In this document: piece after piece, positions 41,626 through 50,732 of the stretch
How the letters are laid out: every line of letters starts with the position of its first letter
Numbering within the stretch: position 1 is the first letter of the stretch
Assembly (NCBI GenBank): GCA_041650515.1
Contig: JBAZLA010000001.1
Span: 82,710-146,709 of the forward strand
From: Patescibacteria group bacterium
GTDB taxonomy: Bacteria; Patescibacteriota; Patescibacteriia; JACRDY01
Length of the DNA stretch: 64,000 nt
Direction of reading: 5' to 3'
Position numbers and translations under genes: made by a program
Notes under the pieces: generated by a model
Told to the model about the DNA's origin: nothing
What the model saw: only the letters and a program-made list of their open reading frames with translations
Database searches by the model: none

Positions 41626-41752
41626 ATCATCTCGAGCGAGCCCACGGGACGAGTCGAGAGATCTAAAGGGATATTTCCAATTATGTACTATCGAATAGAC
41701 AGATCCCTCCACTCCGCCCCGACATACGTCGAGGCTTCGGTCGGGATGACAG
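41626..41752. repeat. Family-B repeat (ctcgagcgag...ggtcgggatgaca subtype)
   Basis: Shares gagtcgagagatctaa...agatccctccactccgccccgac..gtcg.ggcttcggtcgggatgaca with the copy at 52407. Confidence 0.7.
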
Positions 41753-41787
41753 ACAAAAAACACCATTGATTTCTCAATGATGTTCTT

Positions 41788-41864
41788 TGGTGGACCCGAG
41801 GGGATTCGAACCCCTGACCTTCTCCATGCCATGGAGACGCGCTAGCCAGCTACGCTACGGGCCC
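41788..41864 (-). tRNA. tRNA-Ala (anticodon GGC), CCA encoded
   Basis: Cloverleaf folds. G3:U70 Ala identity pair. Anticodon loop aUGGCau. T-loop GGTTCGAATCC. Confidence 0.85.
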
Positions 41865-41869
41865 ATGCT

Positions 41870-42652
41870 TTAATCTTGTTTTTCGCGATAAACTTTTTCG
41901 ATGGCTCTAAAAGAACGTGAATTAAACGGCTTAAACTCATAATCTTCTGCTAACCAAGCCGGGCGAGCAAGATTATCGGGTGCGTCAGGTATATTCAACC
42001 GAGCTAAACTTGCCTGATACCTAGTCTCTACACCATGACGATAATCAACCATTAAACCAACTAAGGCTTTTCTCAACTCATCAAAGTTATTGCCACTAAA
42101 CAATTGCTCAATTGCTTGATAGGTATCCTTAACTGCTGGAATATCCAAATATTTTTGAAACTCTTCTGGCCTAAGTATATAACAAGCGATCAAATCCGCT
42201 TGATACTGGCAACCCGGTCCGCTAGATGGCAAAAGCTCTTTCCCATCCTGATGGGCAATACTAGCCAACTGATCCTCGAGAGAATGCCCGACTTCATGAA
42301 AAAAACAATCCGGTAATTCGTTACCATCCCAATAATCCATATTAATCGTCACCATGTCAAAATCAATCTGCATATCCGGTCGTCGAGGAGTATTACCGCC
42401 TGGGTTATAGCTATCGTTATGGTCCAACCAAACTTTAACCGGGTGATCCAAAAATGGCGCTAAGTGATCAGCCATTTTGGTAAAAAGCGCCCGTGTCTCT
42501 GGCTGATTATGATATTCCTTAAAACGCAGCTCGGCCTGACCGTTCTGATAGACTGATGCCTCTCCTTGCTCTGGGGCCTTGGCCTGATCGCTACCACCTC
42601 GGGCCTCAGGGTGAAAGAATCGACCAAACAATCCTCGTCCTGCTTCGCGCAT
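41870..42652 (-). CDS. Putative zinc metallopeptidase (HExxH)
   Basis: FFHEVGHSLED motif. Start codon uncertain (no clear Shine-Dalgarno sequence). Moderately GC-rich. Confidence 0.45.
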   Translation of the reverse strand: MREAGRGLFGRFFHPEARGGSDQAKAPEQGEASVYQNGQAELRFKEYHNQPETRALFTKMADHLAPFLDHPVKVWLDHNDSYNPGGNTPRRPDMQIDFDMVTINMDYWDGNELPDCFFHEVGHSLEDQLASIAHQDGKELLPSSGPGCQYQADLIACYILRPEEFQKYLDIPAVKDTYQAIEQLFSGNNFDELRKALVGLMVDYRHGVETRYQASLARLNIPDAPDNLARPAWLAEDYEFKPFNSRSFRAIEKVYREKQD

Positions 42653-42764
42653 ATCTTATATTATTTTAGTAATAGCTATTTTAGCAGACTTTTAAAAAAA
42701 ATCAACTCAGTTGACAGAATAAGTGATTAATCTACAATAACAACAATCCAAGGAGGTTTTAGTT

Positions 42765-43100
42765 ATGAATGCCGGTATTGAAAATCCGGAAATATATCTC
42801 GCGTTGTTGCGAGCTACGGCTAATGCGCAAATTCTATACAATCGGGCGGTCTTCTGCCTGATGCACCACGCCTGTAGCCACAGCCACCAACCAAAATTAG
42901 AAACTCCCATGATGGCTTTTGCCGATCTCTGGCAAACTGCCAACACTACGCTCCGGCGGCAAAAAGCTCGAGAGTTTCTACAAGCCGCCACCCGGCTCGA
43001 ACTCGGCTGGGTCTGGCCGGATCAACCGACCGAGGAAGAACCAACCGAGAGGCAACTGGCCGATGCTTTCGCCAATCTGCTTAAGCATCTCAATCATTAG
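42765..43100 (+). CDS. Hypothetical protein (111 aa), GC-rich island
   Basis: AAGGAGGTTTTAGTT-ATG, with a terminator gacccatccgggtc followed by a T8 run downstream. Confidence 0.5.
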   Translation: MNAGIENPEIYLALLRATANAQILYNRAVFCLMHHACSHSHQPKLETPMMAFADLWQTANTTLRRQKAREFLQAATRLELGWVWPDQPTEEEPTERQLADAFANLLKHLNH

Positions 43101-43293
43101 ACCCATCCGGGTCTTTTTTTATACCCCTACGAATTTTTATCATGTCATTGCGAGCGTAGCCCCCGACCCGTGTGTCGGGGGCGGAGCGAGTCGAAGGATA
43201 GTTTATAAAAAAGACCCGGAAGAAAGAGCCCCAATGGGTTTTCTCCGGGTGGCGAATCTTTACGATCCGCTAGTTTTCAGTTGTCCGTGTGCT

Positions 43294-43728
43294 TCAGCAG
43301 TTGAGCACGGTGACGATCCCCACGGAGGAGTTGAAGCCCAGGCTGGACAGGTAGCTTTCGTCCACGGCGGCGACTTCCTCACGGATTTCCTTCGAATTGA
43401 CGTCGTTCTCGTTGACGGCAATATCGTTGGAAACGCACTCCGTTCCTTGATCCATCGGCGCGACGTCGTTGTTCGCATCCTTCGACTGTGCGGCGGTGAT
43501 CACGTTGACCAGGGAAGCGGGCGGCGACACATCAACGGTCGCCGAGAGATTGGGCGCCGCGTAGTTCGCAGCCAACCCGAAGATAATCGCCTGATGGTTC
43601 GCAACGACGGCCGGAGTCTCATCGGTGGCCTCGTTCGCGACCTGAACCGGAGCGGCCTGCGCGACGGTCAGCCCGACCATCAGCACCGCCAAACAACACA
43701 ACGCAATGCACAAAAACAGTTTTCTCAT
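43294..43728 (-). CDS. Secreted hypothetical protein (signal peptide), GC-rich island
   Basis: AAAGGAGAAGAACCG-ATG and an N-terminal signal peptide (MRKLFLCIALCCLAVLMVGLTVAQA). Confidence 0.5.
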   Translation of the reverse strand: MRKLFLCIALCCLAVLMVGLTVAQAAPVQVANEATDETPAVVANHQAIIFGLAANYAAPNLSATVDVSPPASLVNVITAAQSKDANNDVAPMDQGTECVSNDIAVNENDVNSKEIREEVAAVDESYLSSLGFNSSVGIVTVLNC

Positions 43729-44168
43729 CGGTTCTTCTCCTTTTCGAAGAATTTTTGCCCCACCCTGGCTGATTGAAACCCTAGGGTTCCGAATCTGATA
43801 CCAAAGCGGTGCGCCTCCTGATTACCCTAGCAATCCCCTACCGATCGATCCAAATTAACCAAACTAGCTGTCATGGGGGTTGACTACTTCCCACTGACTA
43901 GCTCCCAAGGGTTAGTTGGGTCTCATGCTTGTTGAGGGATAACAGATCTAGTGCTAGTCTGGCTAGCAGTTTGATCAATCGTGATCGAATCGGTTTTGAA
44001 GGTTGCTTTTGGGTTATCATAATAATACTAATTTTATTTTTATTTAGCAAATAAAAAATTGCTTCGGCCGCCGGTAACCAATTGACAGAATGATTTATAA
44101 ATAATAAAGTGAGTTATTCGGTCTAATTTTGGAATTTGGAATTTTCAACTTTCTTGGAGGGCAGTAAA

Positions 44169-44645
44169 ATGACGACCTTTTCATCTTTAGTTGACTCTTT
44201 GGTTGGCTCGGTGGTGGGCACCAAGTCGTTTGGTATGGCCGTGGCGGATCTGTTGGCCTACCTGGCCAAAATGCAGCCGCTGCAGGATCCCAAACAACAG
44301 CGGTTGCTGCAGGCCGCCGAAGCATCCTTCCGCGACGCACCAGCAATGAAACCCTGGCTCGCCTGCGTCGCAACTTGGCAAATTCTCGAGGATATTTTCA
44401 CCGAATTGGCTGACACCCAATCAGCCTTTGAGGATTCGCACCCTGGCTCCGAAGAAGAGACCAGGGTAGATCAAGTCACCAGTGATCTATCAGATGTCCT
44501 GAACGATCTACACGATCTAAAGGGGATCGACGATCTCCAAGACGACCAACTAATGGCCGAGGAGGTTCGCCGCTTGACTCACAAATGTTTCCTGGCGATC
44601 AACGCCTGGCTGGAAATCATGGGTTGGTTACCTCAGGAGGGATAA
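44169..44645 (+). CDS. Hypothetical acidic protein (paralog pair member 1)
   Basis: TGGAGGGCAGTAAA-ATG. Followed by terminator gagggtaaccatcccctc-T7, which is nearly identical to the one after 44751..45197. Confidence 0.5.
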   Translation: MTTFSSLVDSLVGSVVGTKSFGMAVADLLAYLAKMQPLQDPKQQRLLQAAEASFRDAPAMKPWLACVATWQILEDIFTELADTQSAFEDSHPGSEEETRVDQVTSDLSDVLNDLHDLKGIDDLQDDQLMAEEVRRLTHKCFLAINAWLEIMGWLPQEG

Positions 44646-44750
44646 CCAACCGACGTCACAACCCCGAGGGTAACCATCCCCTCTTTTTTTATTGACAAAT
44701 CACTAAAAATAATATTAGATAAGCATAACTTTAACTGCGAGGTCACGAGA

Positions 44751-45197
44751 ATGGAAGAAGGGTTTAGCCGGTTACTCAATACCCTGCGGCAATCCGCCGC
44801 CGCACTCGAGCGCAGGGACGCGCTTATGGAGATCATGGGAATATTCCAACGCTTGGAAATATTCCAATCCTGCCAGAACTTATTGGCAGGACTCATAGCG
44901 TGTTTTGGTCTCTGTCCCCGACTACCGGGACTTGGCCAGCGGCTGTTTCTCCGCCACCTCTTCGTGGCACTCAGCCAGCACCTCGGCACCGAGGTCCAAA
45001 AGCGGGAAGCGGCAACCCCGCCGACCTGGGAAGAACCAGCGGGCTACCCCGATATGGTGGTCGCCCTCACCAAGGCCATGCAGGTCCTGGAAAAGGATGC
45101 CAACCTGGAAACCATCCACGGAGCAGCCGCAGACGGCTTTGCCGCTCTGTTCCAATGGCTCGGTTGGCTCGGAGCCTTTTCCGGCACAACAGACTGA
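44751..45197 (+). CDS. Hypothetical protein (paralog pair member 2)
   Basis: Followed by gagggtacccactccctc-T7 terminator, a duplicate of the upstream one. Weak Shine-Dalgarno sequence. Confidence 0.4.
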   Translation: MEEGFSRLLNTLRQSAAALERRDALMEIMGIFQRLEIFQSCQNLLAGLIACFGLCPRLPGLGQRLFLRHLFVALSQHLGTEVQKREAATPPTWEEPAGYPDMVVALTKAMQVLEKDANLETIHGAAADGFAALFQWLGWLGAFSGTTD

Positions 45198-45350
45198 CTA
45201 GCACCACGTTGCTGGCCAGCGAGGGTACCCACTCCCTCTTTTTTTATTGCTAAACGACGCAGGTTATATAACCTAAATTTATTTTACGACACAAAATCTA
45301 ATTTAAATATAAACAAATAATCAAATAACCAGCAGAAATTATCAACCAAT

Positions 45351-45400
45351 TGTTCCACGTGGAACATTCCGTAGGGGCAGGTCGCGACCTGCCCCTACGG
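45351..45400. promoter_or_regulatory. Perfect palindromes: TGTTCCACGTGGAACA (16 bp) + ccgtaggggcaggtcgcgacctgcccctacgg (32 bp)
   Basis: The first palindrome recurs at 47355-47372. Candidate operator/recombination site upstream of the cupin-like pair. Confidence 0.45.
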
Positions 45401-45459
45401 ATTTGACATCCACCAACCGATGTCCTAAAGTTAAAAATCAACCCAGGAGGATTTTCAAA

Positions 45460-45852
45460 ATGTTTAAACGGGAAGTTTTTCTCAAAGAAAAGTTGGCTGG
45501 CTGTCAGCCAACTGATCTGAGGATCTATTACTCTGGCGGGATTGTCAGCGCCCACATGAGCAAAGACAACCGCCGCTTCAGCCACGGGGCAGTCACCAGC
45601 CTCATGCCGGAATATGAGATTGAGGTCGGGGAGAAAGAAACCGTGGTTGTCCTGAAAGGGACTCTCAAGGTTCGCTTTCTTCACAAGAACGCTCCGGCGG
45701 ATGAGCCACGCTTTGACGAACGCTGGACCAAGGTCCATACCGGCGAAACCGTGGTCTTCGAAGCCGGAACTGGCGTCATTCTCGCCTGCGATCAGGAAGA
45801 GCCAGTCGAATTCTGGTGCGAATACGGCGACGCGCCAACCAACTCGGAGTAA
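45460..45852 (+). CDS. Small beta-barrel (cupin-like?) protein, paralog 1
   Basis: CAGGAGGATTTTCAAA-ATG. Shares GTL.IRF ... K.H.G..V...AG..V motifs with the 45968 gene. Followed by a terminator. Confidence 0.5.
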   Translation: MFKREVFLKEKLAGCQPTDLRIYYSGGIVSAHMSKDNRRFSHGAVTSLMPEYEIEVGEKETVVVLKGTLKVRFLHKNAPADEPRFDERWTKVHTGETVVFEAGTGVILACDQEEPVEFWCEYGDAPTNSE

Positions 45853-45967
45853 ACCCTTTTCTGGTAAACTCCACCTACCCCCCCCCACCTCGTGGGGTTT
45901 TTTATTTCTATTGACATTAAAGCTATTAAAAATTAAAGTTAAATTAACAAATAGGAGGTTGCAAAAA

Positions 45968-46354
45968 ATGGGAAGTTTCTTGGATCCAGAAATAAACACC
46001 AAGCCGGAAATTAAGAACAACGGTGGACTAATTAAAGTCTACTACTTCAATCAGTCTCAGTGTTATTTAGGGATCGTGACAGGGGGAGCTGAATATCAGT
46101 ACACCCCGGATAAAGATGAACCCATCGAAGTCACGGTCGGAACTCTTCAAATTCGCTTCCCACTAAAATACCCTAAACCACGTCAGTACCCGTGGTGCCA
46201 AAGGCTCCGAAAATACCACGTCGGCCAGAGAGTTACACTTCAAGCTGGCGTAACTGTCTGCCTATCAACGCTGGAACTTTCAGGAGCCGCTTTCAATGCC
46301 CATATTGGGCCCTATCCAACCATCGTCAAAGAGGATGGGCCTCAAAAGGGCTAA
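45968..46354 (+). CDS. Small beta-barrel (cupin-like?) protein, paralog 2
   Basis: TAGGAGGTTGCAAAAA-ATG. Paralog of 45460..45852. Followed by terminator atcccccatcgggga-T7. Confidence 0.5.
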   Translation: MGSFLDPEINTKPEIKNNGGLIKVYYFNQSQCYLGIVTGGAEYQYTPDKDEPIEVTVGTLQIRFPLKYPKPRQYPWCQRLRKYHVGQRVTLQAGVTVCLSTLELSGAAFNAHIGPYPTIVKEDGPQKG

Positions 46355-46485
46355 ATATAGGCAAATATCCCCCATCGGGGATTTTTTTATTCCCTCCCCC
46401 TGCTAAGGGGGAGGTGGCCGCAGGCCGGAGGGGGTCTTTGGGGTGGGAGGAGTATCAAAAAACACCCCATTTCTAGAGTGATCTT

Positions 46486-46562
46486 TGGTGGGCGTAAGTG
46501 GGCTCGAACCACTGACCTCTGCAATGTGAATGCAGCGCTCTAACCAGCTGAGCTATACGCCC
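46486..46562 (-). tRNA. tRNA-Val (anticodon CAC), CCA encoded
   Basis: Acceptor gggcgta/tacgccc. Anticodon loop uUCACau. T-arm agtggTTCGAGCccact. Confidence 0.85.
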
Positions 46563-46823
46563 TTATTTATCGTCTTTTTTAATTGCTTTGCTTAAATAAA
46601 CTGTAACTAAAACCACTACTACAGTTATTACTACAGCATAAATAAACTTCGCTACTAGCGAACCACCATTTTCTAAAGGAAAAATATAGTCAATCAGACC
46701 CTTAATTGCTTCGTTCCAGGCTAAACCCGCAACTAAGCCAAAAGCCGCAATAACATAGCTCAAGGTCCGCTGGCGGATCTCCTGCCTCAAATTTGGATCT
46801 TTTGGTGCTTGTTCTTCAGCCAT
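46563..46823 (-). CDS. Small membrane protein (about 86 aa)
   Basis: Start MAEEQAPK... The upstream part of the tracked ORF overlaps tRNA-Ala. C-terminal transmembrane segment. Confidence 0.35.
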   Translation of the reverse strand: MAEEQAPKDPNLRQEIRQRTLSYVIAAFGLVAGLAWNEAIKGLIDYIFPLENGGSLVAKFIYAVVITVVVVLVTVYLSKAIKKDDK

Positions 46824-46845
46824 AAATTTTTGTTCAGCGCTTTTT

Positions 46846-46919
46846 TGGACTCGAGGGGGATCGAACCCCTGATCTCCGCAATGCGAATGCGGCGCTCTAC
46901 CAACTGAGCTACGAGCCCT
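46846..46919 (-). tRNA. tRNA-Ala (anticodon CGC)
   Basis: G3:U70. Anticodon loop uUCGCau. T-arm aggggTTCGATCcccct. Confidence 0.85.
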
Positions 46920-47023
46920 CAAAAAGAGCTAAACAGATTAATAATTAAATACTCGGGCATTGTCTCCGCCTTACCACTAGAAATGACCACAAATCTGGCC
47001 TTAAGCTTATCCAACTCGTCTAA

Positions 47024-47095
47024 CGTCCCCGATAGGAATTGAACCTATATCTAGGGCTTAGGAGTCCCTTGTTCTATCCGTTGAACTACGGGGAC
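47024..47095 (-). tRNA. tRNA-Arg (anticodon CCU)
   Basis: Acceptor gtccccg/cggggac. Anticodon loop cUCCUaa with one A:G mismatch at the stem base. T-arm ataggTTCAATTcctat. Confidence 0.75.
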
Positions 47096-47107
47096 ATCAG
47101 GCGAATT

Positions 47108-47151
47108 GGGCTTAGGAGTCCCTTGTTCTATCCGTTGAACTATTGGGGCAT
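47108..47151 (-). pseudogene. tRNA-Arg(CCU) 5'-half duplicate (fragment)
   Basis: Copies acceptor-5', D-arm and anticodon arm of the adjacent gene. Flanked by inverted ggcgaat/attcgcc. Confidence 0.7.
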
Positions 47152-47215
47152 ATTCGCCTCTATGAGGAATGAAATCCTTCGCTCCGCTCAGGACGGAGCC
47201 TACTTATTTTCTTAC

Positions 47216-47264
47216 CGCCCCCATGAGGAATCCCACCCTCACGGGTGGTGGCCCGTTAGGGCCA
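47216..47264 (-). repeat. tRNA-Arg(CCG) 3'-end duplicate (cgcccccatgaggaatc) + double mini-hairpin module
   Basis: 17-nt copy of the tRNA 3' end, followed by ccaccc-tcac-gggtgg and tggccc-gtta-gggcca hairpins. Confidence 0.7.
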
Positions 47265-47278
47265 GAACCTTAAATATC

Positions 47279-47350
47279 CGCCCCCATGAGGAATCGAACC
47301 TCAATTTTGGGATCCGGAATCCCACGTCCTATCCATTAAACGATGAGGGC
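47279..47350 (-). tRNA. tRNA-Arg (anticodon CCG)
   Basis: Acceptor gccctca/tgggggc (one G:U pair). Anticodon loop uUCCGga with G37. T-arm tgaggTTCGATTcctca. Confidence 0.8.
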
Positions 47351-47548
47351 CGAGTTGTTCCACGTGGAACAATTTGTATGGAAAATTCATGAATTGCCAA
47401 TGCACAAACTAAGTTTTTGTTTATAATTAGATTAAATCTAGCGTCGTAAAATTATTTAATCTACTTTTTAAATAATTTTAATCTAATTTTGGCTAAACAA
47501 ATTATTAGTGGTATAATTCTAGCTGATAATTAATAGAAAATCAATTTT

Positions 47549-48595
47549 ATGGAACTGCTTTTTGGTCTGGTTGTCCTAGCATTAACTGGCGCCGTTGTTA
47601 TTTTAATTTATCTTTTGCTGAAAAAAAAGCCGGCTAACCAAAACGACAGTGGTTTAGTGTTGATTCAAAATCAATTAAATGAGCTAACCCGCACAATTGA
47701 TACGCGAATTGGCGAATCATCAAAATTAATGCACGACTCCGTCCGGACTCAGTTTACCGAATCGCAAAAACTAATTAAAGAGATCACTCAAGAGCTCTCA
47801 CTGGTTAAAGAAACTGGCAAACGCGTTGAGGGCTTTGCCGATCAACTGCAGAATCTTCAAGATATTCTCAAAAATCCAAAACAGCGTGGCATCCTGGGCG
47901 AATATTATTTAGAAACTGTTCTTAAAAACATTTTACCACCAGCCTCGTATCAAATGCAATATAAATTCAAGAATGGCGAAATCGTTGACGCGGTAATTTT
48001 TATTAAAGAAAAAATTATTCCCATTGATTCTAAATTCTCACTAGAAAATTATAATAAAATTTTGGAAGAACGCGACGTTAGCAAAAAAGAAGAACTAGAA
48101 AAAATATTTAAACAAGATCTCAAAAACCGGATTGACGAAACGGCAAAATATATTCGACCAAATGAAAACACGATGGATTTTGCTTTTATGTTTATTCCAT
48201 CCGAAGGAGTTTTTTATGATCTATTGATTAACCAAGTCGGCGCGATCAAAGTTAATACTGCTGATTTGATTGAATACGCTTTTAAACAAAGACACGTCAT
48301 TATTGTTTCACCAACTTCCTTTTTTGCTTATCTACAAACTGTTTTACAGGGTCTGCGCGCGCTGCAGGTTGAAGAAAAAACGCAAGAAATTATTAAGCAG
48401 GTTAATAAACTAGGAAAACATCTTAGCAACTATCAAACTTATTGGGATTCACTAGGCAAAAACTTAACTACCACCGTATCAGCTTATAACAAAGGTTCGC
48501 ACGAGTTTCGCCAGATTGATAAAGACATCATCAAAATTGCTGGGCAGGGGACTGAAACGGAAATTCCGGAGATTGATAAACCCAAGGAAGAATAA
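47549..48595 (+). CDS. rmuC: DNA recombination protein RmuC
   Basis: N-terminal transmembrane segment, a coiled coil, and an RmuC core (DFAFMFIPSEGVFYDLL). Confidence 0.75.
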   Translation: MELLFGLVVLALTGAVVILIYLLLKKKPANQNDSGLVLIQNQLNELTRTIDTRIGESSKLMHDSVRTQFTESQKLIKEITQELSLVKETGKRVEGFADQLQNLQDILKNPKQRGILGEYYLETVLKNILPPASYQMQYKFKNGEIVDAVIFIKEKIIPIDSKFSLENYNKILEERDVSKKEELEKIFKQDLKNRIDETAKYIRPNENTMDFAFMFIPSEGVFYDLLINQVGAIKVNTADLIEYAFKQRHVIIVSPTSFFAYLQTVLQGLRALQVEEKTQEIIKQVNKLGKHLSNYQTYWDSLGKNLTTTVSAYNKGSHEFRQIDKDIIKIAGQGTETEIPEIDKPKEE

Positions 48596-48821
48596 TATAA
48601 ATAAATAGTAAAATAATTTTAAAAGCTATAAAAATCAAAGTGCTAATAACCAAGCCACCCACTTTGTGAAAGTTGCTCCCAGCTGCTAACTAATTAAAAC
48701 CTACTGATTTAAATCTTGACTGAATAGAATAAATCCGCTAAACTAAGCCTACTTTATACTATTAAAAAACTAACTATTTCCGGCTGCTGGGCACTAACCA
48801 CTAGCCACTAACCACTAGCAT

Positions 48822-49091
48822 ATGCCAATTAAAGAAGCTTCCAAAAAAGATCGACGTCAAACAGTCAAACGCACTACCCATAATCTTCAGATCAAAACCA
48901 AGATTGAGCTCTTAGGTAAACAGATCAAGAAGGCCCTGGGTAACAAAAACATCGCTGAAGCAGAAAAAATATTTAAAGAATTGCAAAAATCAGTCGATAA
49001 AGCGGTTAAAATCAAGATTTTTAAAAAGAATAAAGTTAACCGGATAAAATCGCAAGTAACCAAAAGAATAAACACCCTCAAGAAGAAATAA
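48822..49091 (+). CDS. rpsT: 30S ribosomal protein S20
   Basis: Basic alpha-helical S20 signature (MPIKEASKKDRRQTVKRTTHN...). A terminator lies at 49100-49140. Confidence 0.85.
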   Translation: MPIKEASKKDRRQTVKRTTHNLQIKTKIELLGKQIKKALGNKNIAEAEKIFKELQKSVDKAVKIKIFKKNKVNRIKSQVTKRINTLKKK

Positions 49092-49099
49092 ACTACCAA

Positions 49100-49140
49100 A
49101 AAATGTAGAGGTACGTCTACTAAACGCCTCTACATTTTTA
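49100..49140 (+). terminator. Rho-independent terminator after rpsT
   Basis: aaaaatgtagaggtacgtctactaaacgcctctacattttt. Confidence 0.7.
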
Positions 49141-49161
49141 TTTCTCTAAAAATCAATTAAA

Positions 49162-49602
49162 CTACTCAATAATCGGCTCAGCCAAATCTATCTCCGGATA
49201 ATTTCTAAATTGAGCTGCCAGGTCCTCAGCGTTTTTCATCAAAGGTACTGCTACTCGATACCAACTTTTAAATTCGTCCATATCCGGAAAAGCTAACTCA
49301 TAATTATCAACCCCTAGCTCTTTTAGGATTTCCTGCATCCTCTGCTGACTAGTTGCTTCTTTAAATTGAACCGCCAAATAACCAGCCCGCTGCTCAGTCT
49401 TTACCTCGCTTTGCGACTGGTCTTGATTAAGACTAGTTTCGACATACTGGATCTCATTAGTGCCACTTTTAGATGTTGGCCAAGTAATCTGATAAAACAT
49501 CAGCCCAGCCACAACCACCAAAAAAATCAGAATTAAAGATAATAAAACAGTATTAACGAGCGACGGTTTAATAAAATGCGATTTGATTTTTTGTAAACAC
49601 AT
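49162..49602 (-). CDS. Hypothetical membrane-anchored protein
   Basis: One N-terminal transmembrane segment. No recognisable motif. Confidence 0.4.
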   Translation of the reverse strand: MCLQKIKSHFIKPSLVNTVLLSLILIFLVVVAGLMFYQITWPTSKSGTNEIQYVETSLNQDQSQSEVKTEQRAGYLAVQFKEATSQQRMQEILKELGVDNYELAFPDMDEFKSWYRVAVPLMKNAEDLAAQFRNYPEIDLAEPIIE

Positions 49603-49604
49603 AG

Positions 49605-50567
49605 TTAATTTATTATTTTACTTAATAAAAGATCAAAAATTACCGGCACAGTGGCGTAATTAGTCTTTATTCTAACATCAGCGTCTAACAATTGTCTATA
49701 GATATCTTTTAACTTAGCCGCCGAAAAATTTTTGATTTGGCCAAGAGCCTTCTGGGCAACAAACGGGTGTACACCCAGCTGACTAGCCACCTGAGTTTTA
49801 GTTATTTGACGATTGGCTTCCGCTAGCTCCCGAGTCTGAAGCAAAATCCGAAACTGTCTGGTGAGCATGGTCAGAATATAAAGCTCATCAGCGCCAGAAT
49901 CAAACTGTTCCGACAGCAGCTGGTGGGCTAATCGACTATTTTTGGCAGCAATCGCATCAATTAGATGAAAAATATTATCATCGAATCTACCCCTAACTAA
50001 TTCGGTGACATCTTTTTCTTCAATAGAATTATCACCAGCGTAAGCTATTAATTTATCAATCTCTGAATTAAGCTGCCACAAGTCATTACCAACCAGACCA
50101 GCTAACCGTTCTAAAGCCGTCGAGCTAATCTTACCACCACGATTTCTAAACTCCACCCGCAACCAATTACGAAGCTCACTGTCTTTTAATAACTCAAACT
50201 CCTGAGCATATTTTTCTTTGATTAAACGCTTGGATAGAACACCGTCTCTTTTAAAATCATCAGTCTCTAAAAATATTAACAAAATATCTTTAATCAAATC
50301 TTCCTTACCCAGAATTTCCAAAATCTGTTTGGTCAATTCCTGGTCCGGCTCGTTGGATAATAAATTATCAATAATCACCATCCGCTTACGCGCCAAAAAC
50401 GGGGGAGTGGCGACCGCCTGGTTAAATTGAGCAATATCCAAATTTTTGCCTGACAAATAAGTTAAATTTAAAGACGATTCGTCAACCTCTTTGACGAACT
50501 TCTCTTTGAGCTCATTTAATTTTTGCCGCGCCCGGAAGGTATCCGGCCCGTAGAGGAAGAAAATCAT
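49605..50567 (-). CDS. holA: DNA polymerase III delta subunit
   Basis: MIFFLYGPD..F...KL... N-terminus, with delta-subunit helical domains. The upstream extension in the ORF track runs into a family-B repeat. Confidence 0.8.
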   Translation of the reverse strand: MIFFLYGPDTFRARQKLNELKEKFVKEVDESSLNLTYLSGKNLDIAQFNQAVATPPFLARKRMVIIDNLLSNEPDQELTKQILEILGKEDLIKDILLIFLETDDFKRDGVLSKRLIKEKYAQEFELLKDSELRNWLRVEFRNRGGKISSTALERLAGLVGNDLWQLNSEIDKLIAYAGDNSIEEKDVTELVRGRFDDNIFHLIDAIAAKNSRLAHQLLSEQFDSGADELYILTMLTRQFRILLQTRELAEANRQITKTQVASQLGVHPFVAQKALGQIKNFSAAKLKDIYRQLLDADVRIKTNYATVPVIFDLLLSKIIN

Positions 50568-50578
50568 ATTTGGTTGAC

Positions 50579-50669
50579 CGTCATTGCGAGCGTAGCGAAG
50601 CAATCTCCTGAATAATCCACCAGATTGCTTCGTCGCCCCCCGATAAATCGGGGAGCTCCTCGCAATGAC
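50579..50669. repeat. Family-B repeat (gtcattgcgagcg...gctcctcgcaatgaca)
   Basis: Carries hairpin gacgaagcaatctcctgaataatccaccagattgcttcgtc, identical to copies at 29070 and 54310. Confidence 0.8.
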
Positions 50670-50732
50670 AATAACAACAGTTTAGCTCAAAATCTAGCGA
50701 AAATCAACTAAATATGCTAGGTTAAACTAAGT

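Noticed and set aside
41602-41832. 76-aa minus-strand ORF
   Set aside because: It overlaps the tRNA-Ala(GGC) gene and a family-B repeat.
47039-47392. 117-aa plus-strand ORF
   Set aside because: It is read-through across three tRNA genes and tRNA fragments on the opposite strand; not a real CDS.
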